A stretch of 64,000 nucleotides of DNA, from NCBI GenBank assembly GCA_963745835.1, contig CAVUZH010000014.1, forward strand, positions 128,001-192,000, read 5' to 3'. The position numbers and the translations under genes are program-made. Origin of the DNA: an uncultured delta proteobacterium (GTDB taxonomy: Bacteria; Desulfobacterota; Binatia; UBA9968). Of the stretch, positions 52,381 through 61,745 are shown one piece after another (within the stretch, counting starts at the first letter, position 1; each line of letters opens with the position of its first letter). The notes beneath the pieces are model-generated. The model saw only the letters and a program-made list of their open reading frames with translations, did no database searches and was not told where the DNA came from.

Positions 52381-53601
52381 ATGTCTGCCATCGCCGGCTT
52401 TTTTGGCTTGGGTATGCTGGCGCCGGAGAAGCGGCGCTCGCTAAGCTTGGTTTATGCCGCAAGCCTGGCGCTTATGATGGGCGTCAATTTCATTCAACCC
52501 GCCTTGCCGGCAATGACCGAACCCTTCGGCATCAGCGATTCGGCTCTCTCGCTGATCATGACTGTTTTCACCGCGCCGGCCATTGTGCTGTCACCGATCT
52601 TTGGCGTGATCGCCGATATGTACGGCAGAAGATTGCTTCTCGCTGGCGGGCTCATATTGTTCGGCATCAGCGGCACGGCGATGGCACTGGCGACCAGCTT
52701 TACCTGGCTGCTAGTGTTTCGCGCGATTCAGGGAATTGGTTTCAGCGCCGTGATTCCGCTCACGATTGTTCTGATAGGCGATCTGCTCGATGGCGACGAG
52801 GAGATCGCCGGCCAAGGTTTGAAGGTGTTTCTCGATCGTATCGGCTACATGATTCTGCCGCCGCTGGGCGGACTGTTGGCTGCGTTTGCCTGGTACTGGC
52901 CCTTCACTCTTTATATCATCACCGTGCCGTTGGGGATAATGACGTTTTTCTGGATGCCCGAAACCAAAGGCAGCGTAACCAGCGGAACCCGCGCCTATTT
53001 GGGCGAGATGCTCAAGCTAACGCGTCATCCCCGCTTAGTCGTCGCTTTTTCGGCGGGTTTCTTGCGCTTCTTCCTTGACTATGGATTTCTGACTTACTTT
53101 CCCCTTTTTCTTGTGCGCACCCACGGCATCTCGACGGCAACAGCGGGCTTGTTGTATGTCTTCTTTTCAGCGGGCGCTATGATTACTTCCAGTCAGGCAG
53201 GGAGACTGGCGGCTGGCAGAGACAAGGCCCGGGTACTGTTTATCGCCTTCTTGGTCAGTGGCATCGCGTTGGTGGCTGTGCCGTTTATGCCCGGCGTCTG
53301 GTTGGTAGGCGGCGCGTTATTTTTTTATGGCATCGCCAACGGTGTCATCTCGCCGATGCAAAAGAGTTTGCTCACGCAGAATGCGCCGCTTCAAATGCGC
53401 GGCGGGATCGTGTCTTTCGATCGCTTGATTCAACAGGCTTCAAAAACTATCTCAACATCTGTGGTCGGCTTGCTCTTGATAACCGCAGAGCTGCCGACAA
53501 TTTTCTGGATGCTTGGATTGCTTTCTTTACTCAGCGTAGCGTTAATGGCGCTCTTACTGCCGTCACGCAAGTCCGCTCTGGCTAGCCCAAGCGTCTCCTG
53601 A
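52381..53601 (+). CDS. MFS transporter (DHA1-like)
   Basis: PALP, G..AD.YGRR, RAIQGIG, PPLGGLL; ~12 TMs. Confidence 0.9.
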   Translation: MSAIAGFFGLGMLAPEKRRSLSLVYAASLALMMGVNFIQPALPAMTEPFGISDSALSLIMTVFTAPAIVLSPIFGVIADMYGRRLLLAGGLILFGISGTAMALATSFTWLLVFRAIQGIGFSAVIPLTIVLIGDLLDGDEEIAGQGLKVFLDRIGYMILPPLGGLLAAFAWYWPFTLYIITVPLGIMTFFWMPETKGSVTSGTRAYLGEMLKLTRHPRLVVAFSAGFLRFFLDYGFLTYFPLFLVRTHGISTATAGLLYVFFSAGAMITSSQAGRLAAGRDKARVLFIAFLVSGIALVAVPFMPGVWLVGGALFFYGIANGVISPMQKSLLTQNAPLQMRGGIVSFDRLIQQASKTISTSVVGLLLITAELPTIFWMLGLLSLLSVALMALLLPSRKSALASPSVS

Positions 53602-53660
53602 GTTCAACAGTGTTATTGCCGCGCTTCGAGAAAATCCTTTCGACCAACTTTCGGGCTGCA

Positions 53661-54533
53661 CTAAAAACCTTTGAACTCCGTTTCTTCGCGGCTCTCGGTT
53701 TCCAATTGGATGGTCGTGTGCTCGATGCCGAAACGCTGCTTGAGGGTTTCTTCGATACCGTTCAAAACTTCATGAAAATCTTCGCCGTCGACAATGACGG
53801 CGTGCGCGCTGAGGGTGAAAATCCCCGAAGTCACCGCCCAAACATGAAGATCGTGAACCGCCATGACGCCTTTCACATCCTCGATGGTGCGCTGGACTTC
53901 TTCGAGTCGAATCGTTTTGGGAACCGACTGCATAAGAATACTCAGTGCCTCTCTAATCAAGTTCCATGACGAGTACAGGATCAACAATCCGATAAAGACA
54001 CTGATCAACGGATCGGCCAGATACCAAGCGGTAAAATACATTATAAGCCCGGCGACAATGGCGCCCACGGAGCCGATGGCATCACTGATCACGTGCATGA
54101 ACGCGCCGTGAAGATTGAGATTATGGTGATGCGATTCGTAGAGAATGAAGCCGGCGGCAATGTTCACCATCAAACCAATTGTAGCGACAATGATCATGCC
54201 GAGGCTCTCTACTTCCGGTGGATTGTTGAGTCGATTGTACGCTGCGGCAAAAATCACCCCGACAATCAGCCAGAGTGCCAGGCCATTAAACAGAGCGGCT
54301 AAGATTTCCGCGCGATGATAGCCATAGGTGCTCTCCGCCGTAGCCGGCCGCCGAGCCATTCGAAAGGCAAAAAGACTGACGACGATGGCGCCGATATCGG
54401 ACAGCATATGCCCGGCATCGGAAAGCAAGGCCAGGCTATTGGTGAGAAAACCCGCAATGAGCTCCGCGAAGAAGTAGCCGAGGCTGATGGCGAGCGCCAA
54501 CTTGAGCCGCCGCGTCTCGCTGTGTCGTTCCAT
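53661..54533 (-). CDS. Cation diffusion facilitator (Zn/Co/Cd, CzcD/ZitB-like)
   Basis: SLALLSDAGHMLSD, TYGY.RAE, N..GAF.HV..D, VHDLHVW, HTTIQLE. Confidence 0.93.
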   Translation of the reverse strand: MERHSETRRLKLALAISLGYFFAELIAGFLTNSLALLSDAGHMLSDIGAIVVSLFAFRMARRPATAESTYGYHRAEILAALFNGLALWLIVGVIFAAAYNRLNNPPEVESLGMIIVATIGLMVNIAAGFILYESHHHNLNLHGAFMHVISDAIGSVGAIVAGLIMYFTAWYLADPLISVFIGLLILYSSWNLIREALSILMQSVPKTIRLEEVQRTIEDVKGVMAVHDLHVWAVTSGIFTLSAHAVIVDGEDFHEVLNGIEETLKQRFGIEHTTIQLETESREETEFKGF

Positions 54534-54623
54534 ATTCGAAGTATTTTAGTACGCTACTCTTCCGGCCAGTACAGTTTCAAGAACAAACCGCGCTCAGGAT
54601 GAACGGAGAGTCTGCCTCTCTAT

Positions 54624-55808
54624 TTAACGAGATAGCGCTCCCCGGGCCTGAGTCTTCAACATCAGGAAATAAATCTTCCCGGGGCTATTCATATAACCCG
54701 CGTGAGCGCCCGCATCATCACCGCTGCCCATATACAGATCCGCGCGTTGAAAACCGCGGATCGCCCCGCCGGTATCTTGATTGAGCACAAAGCGAACAAA
54801 AGGCCGCCAGCCAATCAATCGCCCGGCGGCATTCAGAACCGGACTTTCACTGTAGATCAGCGCCGCGGCTCCCTTTGGAAAAAGACGAGAATCGGTCGCA
54901 ATCGATCGTCCCGTAGTCACCGGCACTTCGAGACTGCCAAAAGGACCTGTTTCAGTAACCCGGAAAAAGACGTAACTCTCATTATGCGCCATGATCTCGT
55001 CGCGCTGCTCAGGATTTTCCGCCAAGTGACGGCGTAAGCGCTGCATCGACATCTCGGTTTGGGAGATTTTGCCTTGATCGATGAGTAGCCGGCCGATGCT
55101 CCGATAGGGACGGCCGTTTTGACCGGCATAACCGATATGCACCTGCCTTCCATCCGGCAGGCGCAAAACACCTGAACCCTGGATGTGAAGAAAGAATAAC
55201 TCGATGGGATCCTTGACCCAGGCGATCTCAAGCCCGCGCCCGCGCAACAATTTCGCGTAATCAATCTCGCGCCGAGTGTAGTAAGGAGCAAAGCGGTCGC
55301 CCTCGACTCGCCCACTGATTTTTCCTGCAGTTTCGTCGGAACCTGCCGCAACGCCACCAAGGGTCACCAGATCCGTCGGTTTGCCATAGATCGGATAGCG
55401 GTATTCGCTGGTTTCGACAAGATTGCCTTCGATGACCGGTTGATAGTAGCCGGTAAATAACACTTCTCTCTGCTGTTCATCTGGGGTTGACGGTACCAGC
55501 TCAAAACGGGATTGAAATTCTTCAACGAAACACTGCCAACAGCTCCAGCGATCAAGCAGTCGATGGAGAGCCGCAAGGCTGGTCAGGACTTGTCCGGCAT
55601 TAACTTGCCGGGGTTGCTCTCCGACGATGCGATCTGCTGGAAGCTTCCTCAAATAGGATATGCTGCGATCGATAGCGAGCCGGAGCGACTCACTATCGAG
55701 GTCGTCCGTGATCGGCAGCGTGGATGCGACGATCTGGCCATGAACCAGTTGAATTCCGAGTAACAGCCACGTGAGCAAACCGAACAGCGCGAGAATTGGT
55801 TTCCGCAC
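54624..55808 (-). CDS. mltA: MltA-family lytic murein transglycosylase (3D domain)
   Basis: FTGYYQP, LFFLHIQGSG, YAGQNG.PY.SIG, N.SYVFF, SIATD, QDTGGAI.G..RAD; GTG 55808 with AAGGAG RBS. Confidence 0.9.
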   Translation of the reverse strand: MRKPILALFGLLTWLLLGIQLVHGQIVASTLPITDDLDSESLRLAIDRSISYLRKLPADRIVGEQPRQVNAGQVLTSLAALHRLLDRWSCWQCFVEEFQSRFELVPSTPDEQQREVLFTGYYQPVIEGNLVETSEYRYPIYGKPTDLVTLGGVAAGSDETAGKISGRVEGDRFAPYYTRREIDYAKLLRGRGLEIAWVKDPIELFFLHIQGSGVLRLPDGRQVHIGYAGQNGRPYRSIGRLLIDQGKISQTEMSMQRLRRHLAENPEQRDEIMAHNESYVFFRVTETGPFGSLEVPVTTGRSIATDSRLFPKGAAALIYSESPVLNAAGRLIGWRPFVRFVLNQDTGGAIRGFQRADLYMGSGDDAGAHAGYMNSPGKIYFLMLKTQARGALSR

Positions 55809-55854
55809 GGATACTCCTTGAACTCGACTGTCCATTCGTGCAAGCATTTTAGCA

Positions 55855-56223
55855 TTGAATGACAAAGAATTAAGAGAAGAAGCTGCCCGCGTGCTCGACG
55901 AATTACCCGAGGAGTTCCGAAGGCAGTTGCATAATCTCGAGATCGTAGTGCAGAAAAGACCGAGCAAACATCAGTTGGCGGAAATGGATTTAGATTCTCA
56001 CGAAGAGATCATCTACGGGCTCTACGAAGGAATCCCTTTGCCCGACCGGTCCGCGTTCGATCCGCCTATCCTGCCGGACAAAATAACTCTGTTCTCCGAA
56101 CCTCTGCTCAGCGACTTCCCTGATCCCGATGAACTGCGCGAACAGATTCGACTTACCGTAATACACGAGATCGGCCACTACTTCGGTATGGACGACGATC
56201 AAATCGAAAAGCTGGGTTATTAA
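55855..56223 (+). CDS. Zinicin-like metallopeptidase (DUF1025)
   Basis: LDELPEEF, GLYEG.P, PDKITLF, TVIHEIGHYFG (HExxH). Confidence 0.88.
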   Translation: MNDKELREEAARVLDELPEEFRRQLHNLEIVVQKRPSKHQLAEMDLDSHEEIIYGLYEGIPLPDRSAFDPPILPDKITLFSEPLLSDFPDPDELREQIRLTVIHEIGHYFGMDDDQIEKLGY

Positions 56224-56404
56224 CTTGAAGCGATCCGCGGTCAGAACGAACCGAGAAACCATCAGTGATTAAATCTGAACAAACTGCTCCCTCACCGCGA
56301 ACCACTCATTCTGATCCTGACATCCGATAGTGGACCCATTGAGAGTCATTTCGGATCAAGTCCCGCGACTTTAGCCTATTGGATGCTGGGCGATGTTCCA
56401 CCGC

Positions 56405-56647
56405 TCAGGTTTCGATGCCGATGAGCTCCATTATTTTGATCTGATCAAAGCCGACTACCGCTTCCCCGTCGACGATCGTCACGGGCGTGCTTTGATAGCC
56501 CATGTCGATCAACTCTTTTAATGCCGCCTTATCGGCGCGCACATTTTTTTCCACGAACTCGACGCCCTTTTGAGATAGAAACTCCACCTCCTTGTGACAA
56601 GGTCCTCAACCCGGCTGCGTGTAGACGACGATTGTTTTTGCCGCCAT
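56405..56647 (-). CDS. Selenocysteine-containing glutaredoxin/NrdH-redoxin (UxxC), 80 aa
   Basis: GGAGG RBS, ATG 56647: MAAKTIVVYTQPG-U(TGA 56608-56606)-GPCHKEVEFLSQKGVEFVEKNV...STPVTIVDGEAVVGFD. Confidence 0.88.
56561..56605 (-). promoter_or_regulatory. Putative bacterial SECIS element
   Basis: 15 nt after UGA: stem GAGGUGGA/UCUAUCUC with G-initial loop GUU; possible lower stem GACCUU/AAGG..GUC. Confidence 0.6.
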
Positions 56648-56852
56648 CCTTACCTCCATAAGCGATTTCTACTCATAGTATCTTTTTGCAACTTGTGATG
56701 AAAGACGTAGCGTCGGCTATTACAAGGTCACCTCCAATTACTAAATAAGCTTTTGTGCATTGCCGATGCAGGTTACATGTTTCAAAGGCCGAGCCGGTTT
56801 GTTAATTTACTGATAGCTTTGTCATGTCTGAACAGAGACTTAAAAAATAACT

Positions 56853-58703
56853 ATGCGAATTTCAAAATCTGACTCGAAGCGCGCTTGCGTACTTGGGCTT
56901 TCTATTGGTCTCGGCTTACTGTTTGCGTTTTCTGCTTGGTCTCTCGATAGCCGGTCTCTAACATCGAGCGTTAACGTTCTGACAACTCATGCGCGATTCC
57001 TCTCATCCGAGAAGCTCACGGGCCGAGGCATCGATACTCCTGGTATAACGGTTGCGCGTGACTACATCGCCGGCGAGTTTGCCAGGCTCGGCCTGACACC
57101 TGGAGGTGACAACGGCAGCTACCTGCAATCCTTTGACGTTGCCACGGGTGTAAGGGTCAATCAACCTACAAGCCTCACCTTGGACAATCGACCAGCTCTG
57201 ACACTGAACCAGGATTGGACTCCATTAGGTTTTTCCGCTTCAAAAAAAATAGAAGCCCCGGTCGTGTTCGCGGGCTATGGCATTACCATAAAAGAGTATG
57301 GTTATGATGACTATCGGGACATTGATGCCAAAGGGAAAATTGTCATTGTCTTGCGCTACGAACCGCCGCCCAAGCACGCCAACAGCCCGTTCCGTAACTA
57401 TCCTAACAATTCGCTTCATGCTGCGCTCCGTACCAAAGCAAATAATGCGCGGGATCACGGCGCTGTCGGCATGATCTTGGTGGATCTGCATCATCAAGAC
57501 AATGCCAAAGGTGAACTCATCTCCACCAAAAACAGCTTGTGGCGCGGCGGGACCGGTTTGGTAGCCGTGCAGGCGGGGCGCGCACCAATCGAAAACTGGT
57601 TGGAGAGCCATGGTGTTTCGCTAACAGAGTTGCGCGGCAAAATCGATTCTGAGGAAAAACCGGCGTCCATGGAGGTGCCCGCCAGCACGGTGAAATTAGA
57701 AGTGAATCTGGAAGAGATTCGACAGCCCACAGAGAACGTTGTCGCCGTTCTTCCCGGTTCGGATCCTTATCTAAAAAATGACGGTGTGGTGATTGGCGCG
57801 CATTACGATCACATCGGCTTTGGCCACTATGGCACCCGCACTTCGAGCACTGAGGGACAGATTCATCATGGCGCCGATGACAATGCCTCGGGCACTGCTG
57901 TACTGCTGGATCTCGCGCGGCAACTGAGCGAAAGCGATATCAAACCGGCAAGGACGGTCGTCTTTGCCGCCTTCTCGGCGGAGGAATTAGGACTCTTCGG
58001 ATCGCGACACTATGTCAATCATCCCGCCGTCCCACTATTTTCGACCAAGGCAATGATCAACCTCGACATGGTGGGCCGTTTACGCGACGGGCGAGTGACC
58101 GTATTCGGCACACGTACTGCCCAAGAATTTAGCGGCATCGTAAAGAGTGCGGCCACGGAATTGGGACTGGAGATTGGCGAGTCCGATGGGATTGGACGGA
58201 GCGATCACATGGCTTTTTACAGCAAAAAGATTCCTGCGCTTCATTTCTTTACTGGCGTGCATTCCGATTATCATGCGCCCGGCGATACTTGGGACAAGCT
58301 CAATCTCGAAGGAATGGCGAAGATCAGCGAGCTGGTTTTGGCTACGATTCGGTCAATCGTTAACACCAATGCACCATTGAACTTTGTCAGCCTGCCATCA
58401 GTACCGCGCGCACAGGCGATCAGCGAAGGCCCGGCTTCGACGACCTATCTTGGCAGTATTCCGGACTATTCGGGGACGGACGAAGGGGTGCGGCTCGCCG
58501 GAGTTTCGGCCGGAAGCCCGGCTGCGCTGGCCGGTCTTCGTGCCGGAGATGTGATCGTCATGTTGGCTGAAACCAAGGTTCAAAATCTGGAGGATCTGAT
58601 GCTCGCCTTAGTCAGCAAGAAACCTGGTGATGAGGTCGAGATCGTCGTGCTTAGAGGAACGCAACCGCTCAAGCTTAAGGCAGTGCTCCGGGCTCGGGGT
58701 TAG
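56853..58703 (+). CDS. M28 family aminopeptidase with PA and PDZ domains
   Basis: Signal peptide, L.GR, VFAGYG, GAHYDH, GADDNASG, FSAEE.GL.GS, NLDMVG, SDH, DYH...D, C-terminal PDZ (GSPA..AGL..GD). Confidence 0.92.
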   Translation: MRISKSDSKRACVLGLSIGLGLLFAFSAWSLDSRSLTSSVNVLTTHARFLSSEKLTGRGIDTPGITVARDYIAGEFARLGLTPGGDNGSYLQSFDVATGVRVNQPTSLTLDNRPALTLNQDWTPLGFSASKKIEAPVVFAGYGITIKEYGYDDYRDIDAKGKIVIVLRYEPPPKHANSPFRNYPNNSLHAALRTKANNARDHGAVGMILVDLHHQDNAKGELISTKNSLWRGGTGLVAVQAGRAPIENWLESHGVSLTELRGKIDSEEKPASMEVPASTVKLEVNLEEIRQPTENVVAVLPGSDPYLKNDGVVIGAHYDHIGFGHYGTRTSSTEGQIHHGADDNASGTAVLLDLARQLSESDIKPARTVVFAAFSAEELGLFGSRHYVNHPAVPLFSTKAMINLDMVGRLRDGRVTVFGTRTAQEFSGIVKSAATELGLEIGESDGIGRSDHMAFYSKKIPALHFFTGVHSDYHAPGDTWDKLNLEGMAKISELVLATIRSIVNTNAPLNFVSLPSVPRAQAISEGPASTTYLGSIPDYSGTDEGVRLAGVSAGSPAALAGLRAGDVIVMLAETKVQNLEDLMLALVSKKPGDEVEIVVLRGTQPLKLKAVLRARG

Positions 58704-58853
58704 CCCGTGCGGTGAGTCGCGGGCGTAAAACTGCTTCGACCTTGAACGAAGAACTAGATCAAGCCCCGGCGTAGCGATAAGTCTTCCTCTTAGACGGACC
58801 ATCCTCCCGAGTCTGCGCCGGTAAACACACATGTTTTCGCCGCCAGTCTAAGG
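58703..58853. ncRNA. Candidate structured RNA element (unassigned; rod with internal bubble)
   Basis: Nested helices 58719-58731/58833-58843 and 58766-58774/58813-58821 plus small hairpins; judged by eye only. Confidence 0.3.
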
Positions 58854-58929
58854 AAAAATGCTCGCAGCGTGTAATACCTTATGTTAGTATAAATTCAGTG
58901 AATGCTGTGGTGACACTTCTAGGAGGCTG

Positions 58930-59538
58930 ATGATGATCAAGTTGTATACTTTCCCCCCGTCCACTAATTCCCGCAAAGTTAGAATTGCGCTGATTGAGAA
59001 AGGATTGGAATTCGAGCGAGTCAATGTCGACCTTACCAAGCGGGAGCAGAAAAACCCGGAGTACCTCAAACTTCATCCGTTCGGTCAGATTCCAACTTTG
59101 GACGACGAGGGATTTGTTATCTACGATTCGACCATCATCAACGAATACCTGGAGGACGAGTATCCTTATCCGCCATTGATGCCCAAAGACTCGGAAGGAC
59201 GTGCCCGGGCGCGCTTAATGGAGGATTTTCGCGACAATCACTTCAATGCTCATTTTGTTCACATCATTCAGGAGATTCGCAAACCGGAAGGCGAAAGGGA
59301 CAGCCAGCGGATGGACAACGCGAAGGCAGAAATCGCAAAAGCGTTCGACCGAATTGAATGGGAATTGGAAGGGAAAGAGTATTTGGCCGGCGCTTTCAGT
59401 CTCGGGGATATAGCTTTTATGCCGAACATCGACCTGCTGGATCGTTTTGGTATCGCTGTCGATCCGAACTATAAAAACACAACTGCCTGGATCGAACGTC
59501 TGAAAGCGCGGCCCAGCTTTGCCGCTTCAGCGACATAA
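58930..59538 (+). CDS. Glutathione S-transferase family protein
   Basis: S.NSRKVRIAL.EKGL, HPFGQIP.L, DSTIINEYL, YLAG.FSLGDI, W..RL..RPS. Confidence 0.94.
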   Translation: MMIKLYTFPPSTNSRKVRIALIEKGLEFERVNVDLTKREQKNPEYLKLHPFGQIPTLDDEGFVIYDSTIINEYLEDEYPYPPLMPKDSEGRARARLMEDFRDNHFNAHFVHIIQEIRKPEGERDSQRMDNAKAEIAKAFDRIEWELEGKEYLAGAFSLGDIAFMPNIDLLDRFGIAVDPNYKNTTAWIERLKARPSFAASAT

Positions 59539-59546
59539 GCGGTTGG

Positions 59547-60263
59547 ATGACCGCACGCCTGATCTTCGCTTGGCTAGTTCATCTTTACAGCGCCCTCGGG
59601 GCAGTCATCGCCTTTATAGCGATTCTCTTCATTGAGCAGCTTCGTCTTCAAGAAACTTTCTTTCTAATGACATTAGCCGTCGCAATCGACGCTTCGGATG
59701 GCACTCTTGCGAGAGCGGCGCGGGTCAAAGAGTTGCTGCCGAACTTCGATGGAGACCGCCTGGAAGACATCATTGATTACTCCAACTATGTCGTCGTGCC
59801 GTGTCTGTTGCTCATCCGCGCCAATTTGTTGCCGTCTCAGGATGCGCTCTGGTTGATTGCTTTTCCTTTGCTGGCAAGCGCTTACGGCTTCTGTCAGAAA
59901 CAAGCCAAAACGGCCGATCATTTTTTCTTGGGGTTTCCCTCGTACTGGAATATCGTGGCTTTGTACCTCTACGTCCTAAGGGCCCCGCTTTGGTTCAACG
60001 CCTTTTTGATTCTGGCGTTAGCGATCCTTGTGTTCGTGCCGATTAGATATATATATCCAAGCCGGAGCCCGTACTTGCGTTCCTGGACAAACACTCTGGG
60101 CATTCTCTGGGGCCTCGCGATTTTGGCTATAATTTACTGGCTGCCTGACCCACCGCGTGAGATTGTTTTGGTCTCTCTTATCTTTCCAATTTACTACGTC
60201 TGCCTTTCCTTCTGGCTTGAATTGCGCCGGGTCAGACTCGAACATAACGAAAGTCCAGGTTAG
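59547..60263 (+). CDS. pcs: CDP-alcohol phosphatidyltransferase, phosphatidylcholine synthase-like
   Basis: AWLVHLYSA.G, D.SDG.LAR...VK..LP.FDG..L.DIIDY, F.GFPS.WN, P..Y.YP. Confidence 0.75.
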   Translation: MTARLIFAWLVHLYSALGAVIAFIAILFIEQLRLQETFFLMTLAVAIDASDGTLARAARVKELLPNFDGDRLEDIIDYSNYVVVPCLLLIRANLLPSQDALWLIAFPLLASAYGFCQKQAKTADHFFLGFPSYWNIVALYLYVLRAPLWFNAFLILALAILVFVPIRYIYPSRSPYLRSWTNTLGILWGLAILAIIYWLPDPPREIVLVSLIFPIYYVCLSFWLELRRVRLEHNESPG

Positions 60264-60264
60264 G

Positions 60265-61704
60265 ATGACCCAATTTCTTCGTCGCTCACTCGCCTGCGCT
60301 GTCGCGGTCTCGCTGCTAGTTGGCGGCTGGCTCATAATCAGAGCGGGCGCAGGGCAAAGCCAATCGACCTTCCCTAAGTACATTTTTTTATTCCTTGCAG
60401 ACGGCGGCGGCATCGCCCACCTCGAGATCACCCGTCAATACAACCGACAAGTGTATAATGAAGGAATGGTGATCAGCGACAGGATCATGAAGGAAGGAAG
60501 CGTCGGTCTAATGACAACGCATGCGGCGAATTCCCTTTCCACGGATTCCGCCGCCGCGGCCACCGCTCTGGCCAGTGGGTGTAAAGCCAACATCGGCGCC
60601 TTGGGTGTGTGCGCCGACGGCTCGGTACCGAGTACGGTGATGGAGCAGGCCAAAAAACGCGGCATGCGCATTGGGCTTGTAACGAATTCAACCGTCTACG
60701 ACGCCAGTCCCGCGGCGTTTGTCTGCCATGTTCCCAATCGTCGGCATTTCGCCTCGATCATCGATCGTTATCTTGAGCTCGAGCCGGACGTCATTCTCGG
60801 CGGTGGCAAAGAGCACTTTGTGCCCAAGGGCCAGCCCGGAAGCCGGCGCAACGACGAAACCGATGCGATCGCCGCCTTCCAAAAAAAAGGCTATCAGAAG
60901 GTTAGCAACAAACTCGAGCTTGAGCGGACTTCAGGTGGCAAACTTCTCGGCCTGTTCAGCGATAAAGAGATGAGCTTTGAGATTGAACGCAAAAAAAACA
61001 GCGAGCCATCGGTCTACGACATGACCCGTGCCGCGATTCGTAATCTGCACGATGATAATCCACATGGATTTTTCGCATTCATAGAAAACGAGAACATCGA
61101 TACCGCGAGCCATCTCTCCGATATCGCGGCCGTGATCCATGATTACCGCGAATTCGACCGCGCCGTCGCACTCGCCTACGAGTTTTACAAGAAGTACCCG
61201 CGCGAGACCCTGATCCTGGTTACCTCGGATCATGAGACCGGCGGGTTGGGTTTTACCATGGCTTTGAAAGATCTAAGCAGCACAAGATCGGACAACCAGG
61301 CAGCGGCCACCAACGCTGACCTAAAGAAGCTTCAAGCCATCACCATTTCGCTTCAGCAAGCGTCGCGGATTCTCGGACCGGCGCCTACGGAAGAGGGCGT
61401 CGATAAACTGATGCGGGAGCACTTCAGCGGATTCGCGCTGGCGCCGGAATTCAAACAAGCGATCATCGCCCGCCAGCCGCCGTCGCGCACGCTGTATATC
61501 GATCCAACCGCTCATGCTCTGGGATTGATGATCGCCAACAACACGCAAGCTTATTGGCAGACATCCTCGCATACCAACAATCCGGTTGCGGTCGCGGCAC
61601 TTGGAGTCGGCTCAGAACAATTCAAAGGATATTACGACAACGCTGATTTCGGCAAGAAGTTGTTAGCGCTCCTGGACGACAGCAGAACTTTACTCCGACG
61701 CTAG
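60265..61704 (+). CDS. Alkaline phosphatase (PhoA family)
   Basis: FLADG, TDSAAAATALA.G.K (Ser nucleophile), DASPAAF, DVILGGG, ID..SH, TSDHETGG, HT. Confidence 0.9.
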   Translation: MTQFLRRSLACAVAVSLLVGGWLIIRAGAGQSQSTFPKYIFLFLADGGGIAHLEITRQYNRQVYNEGMVISDRIMKEGSVGLMTTHAANSLSTDSAAAATALASGCKANIGALGVCADGSVPSTVMEQAKKRGMRIGLVTNSTVYDASPAAFVCHVPNRRHFASIIDRYLELEPDVILGGGKEHFVPKGQPGSRRNDETDAIAAFQKKGYQKVSNKLELERTSGGKLLGLFSDKEMSFEIERKKNSEPSVYDMTRAAIRNLHDDNPHGFFAFIENENIDTASHLSDIAAVIHDYREFDRAVALAYEFYKKYPRETLILVTSDHETGGLGFTMALKDLSSTRSDNQAAATNADLKKLQAITISLQQASRILGPAPTEEGVDKLMREHFSGFALAPEFKQAIIARQPPSRTLYIDPTAHALGLMIANNTQAYWQTSSHTNNPVAVAALGVGSEQFKGYYDNADFGKKLLALLDDSRTLLRR

Positions 61705-61745
61705 CCGGCAGCCAACGATCCTGGTCGGGCCGGAGCGTGGTTAAC

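Noticed and set aside
55809-55967. N-terminal extension of MltA in the ORF track
   Set aside because: Overlaps the divergent zinicin gene; GTG 55808 has an RBS and is followed by a signal-like segment
60265-61704. Alkaline phosphatase as the substrate of anSME
   Set aside because: It has the PhoA-type DSAA serine motif rather than (C/S)xPxR and lies ~39 kb away
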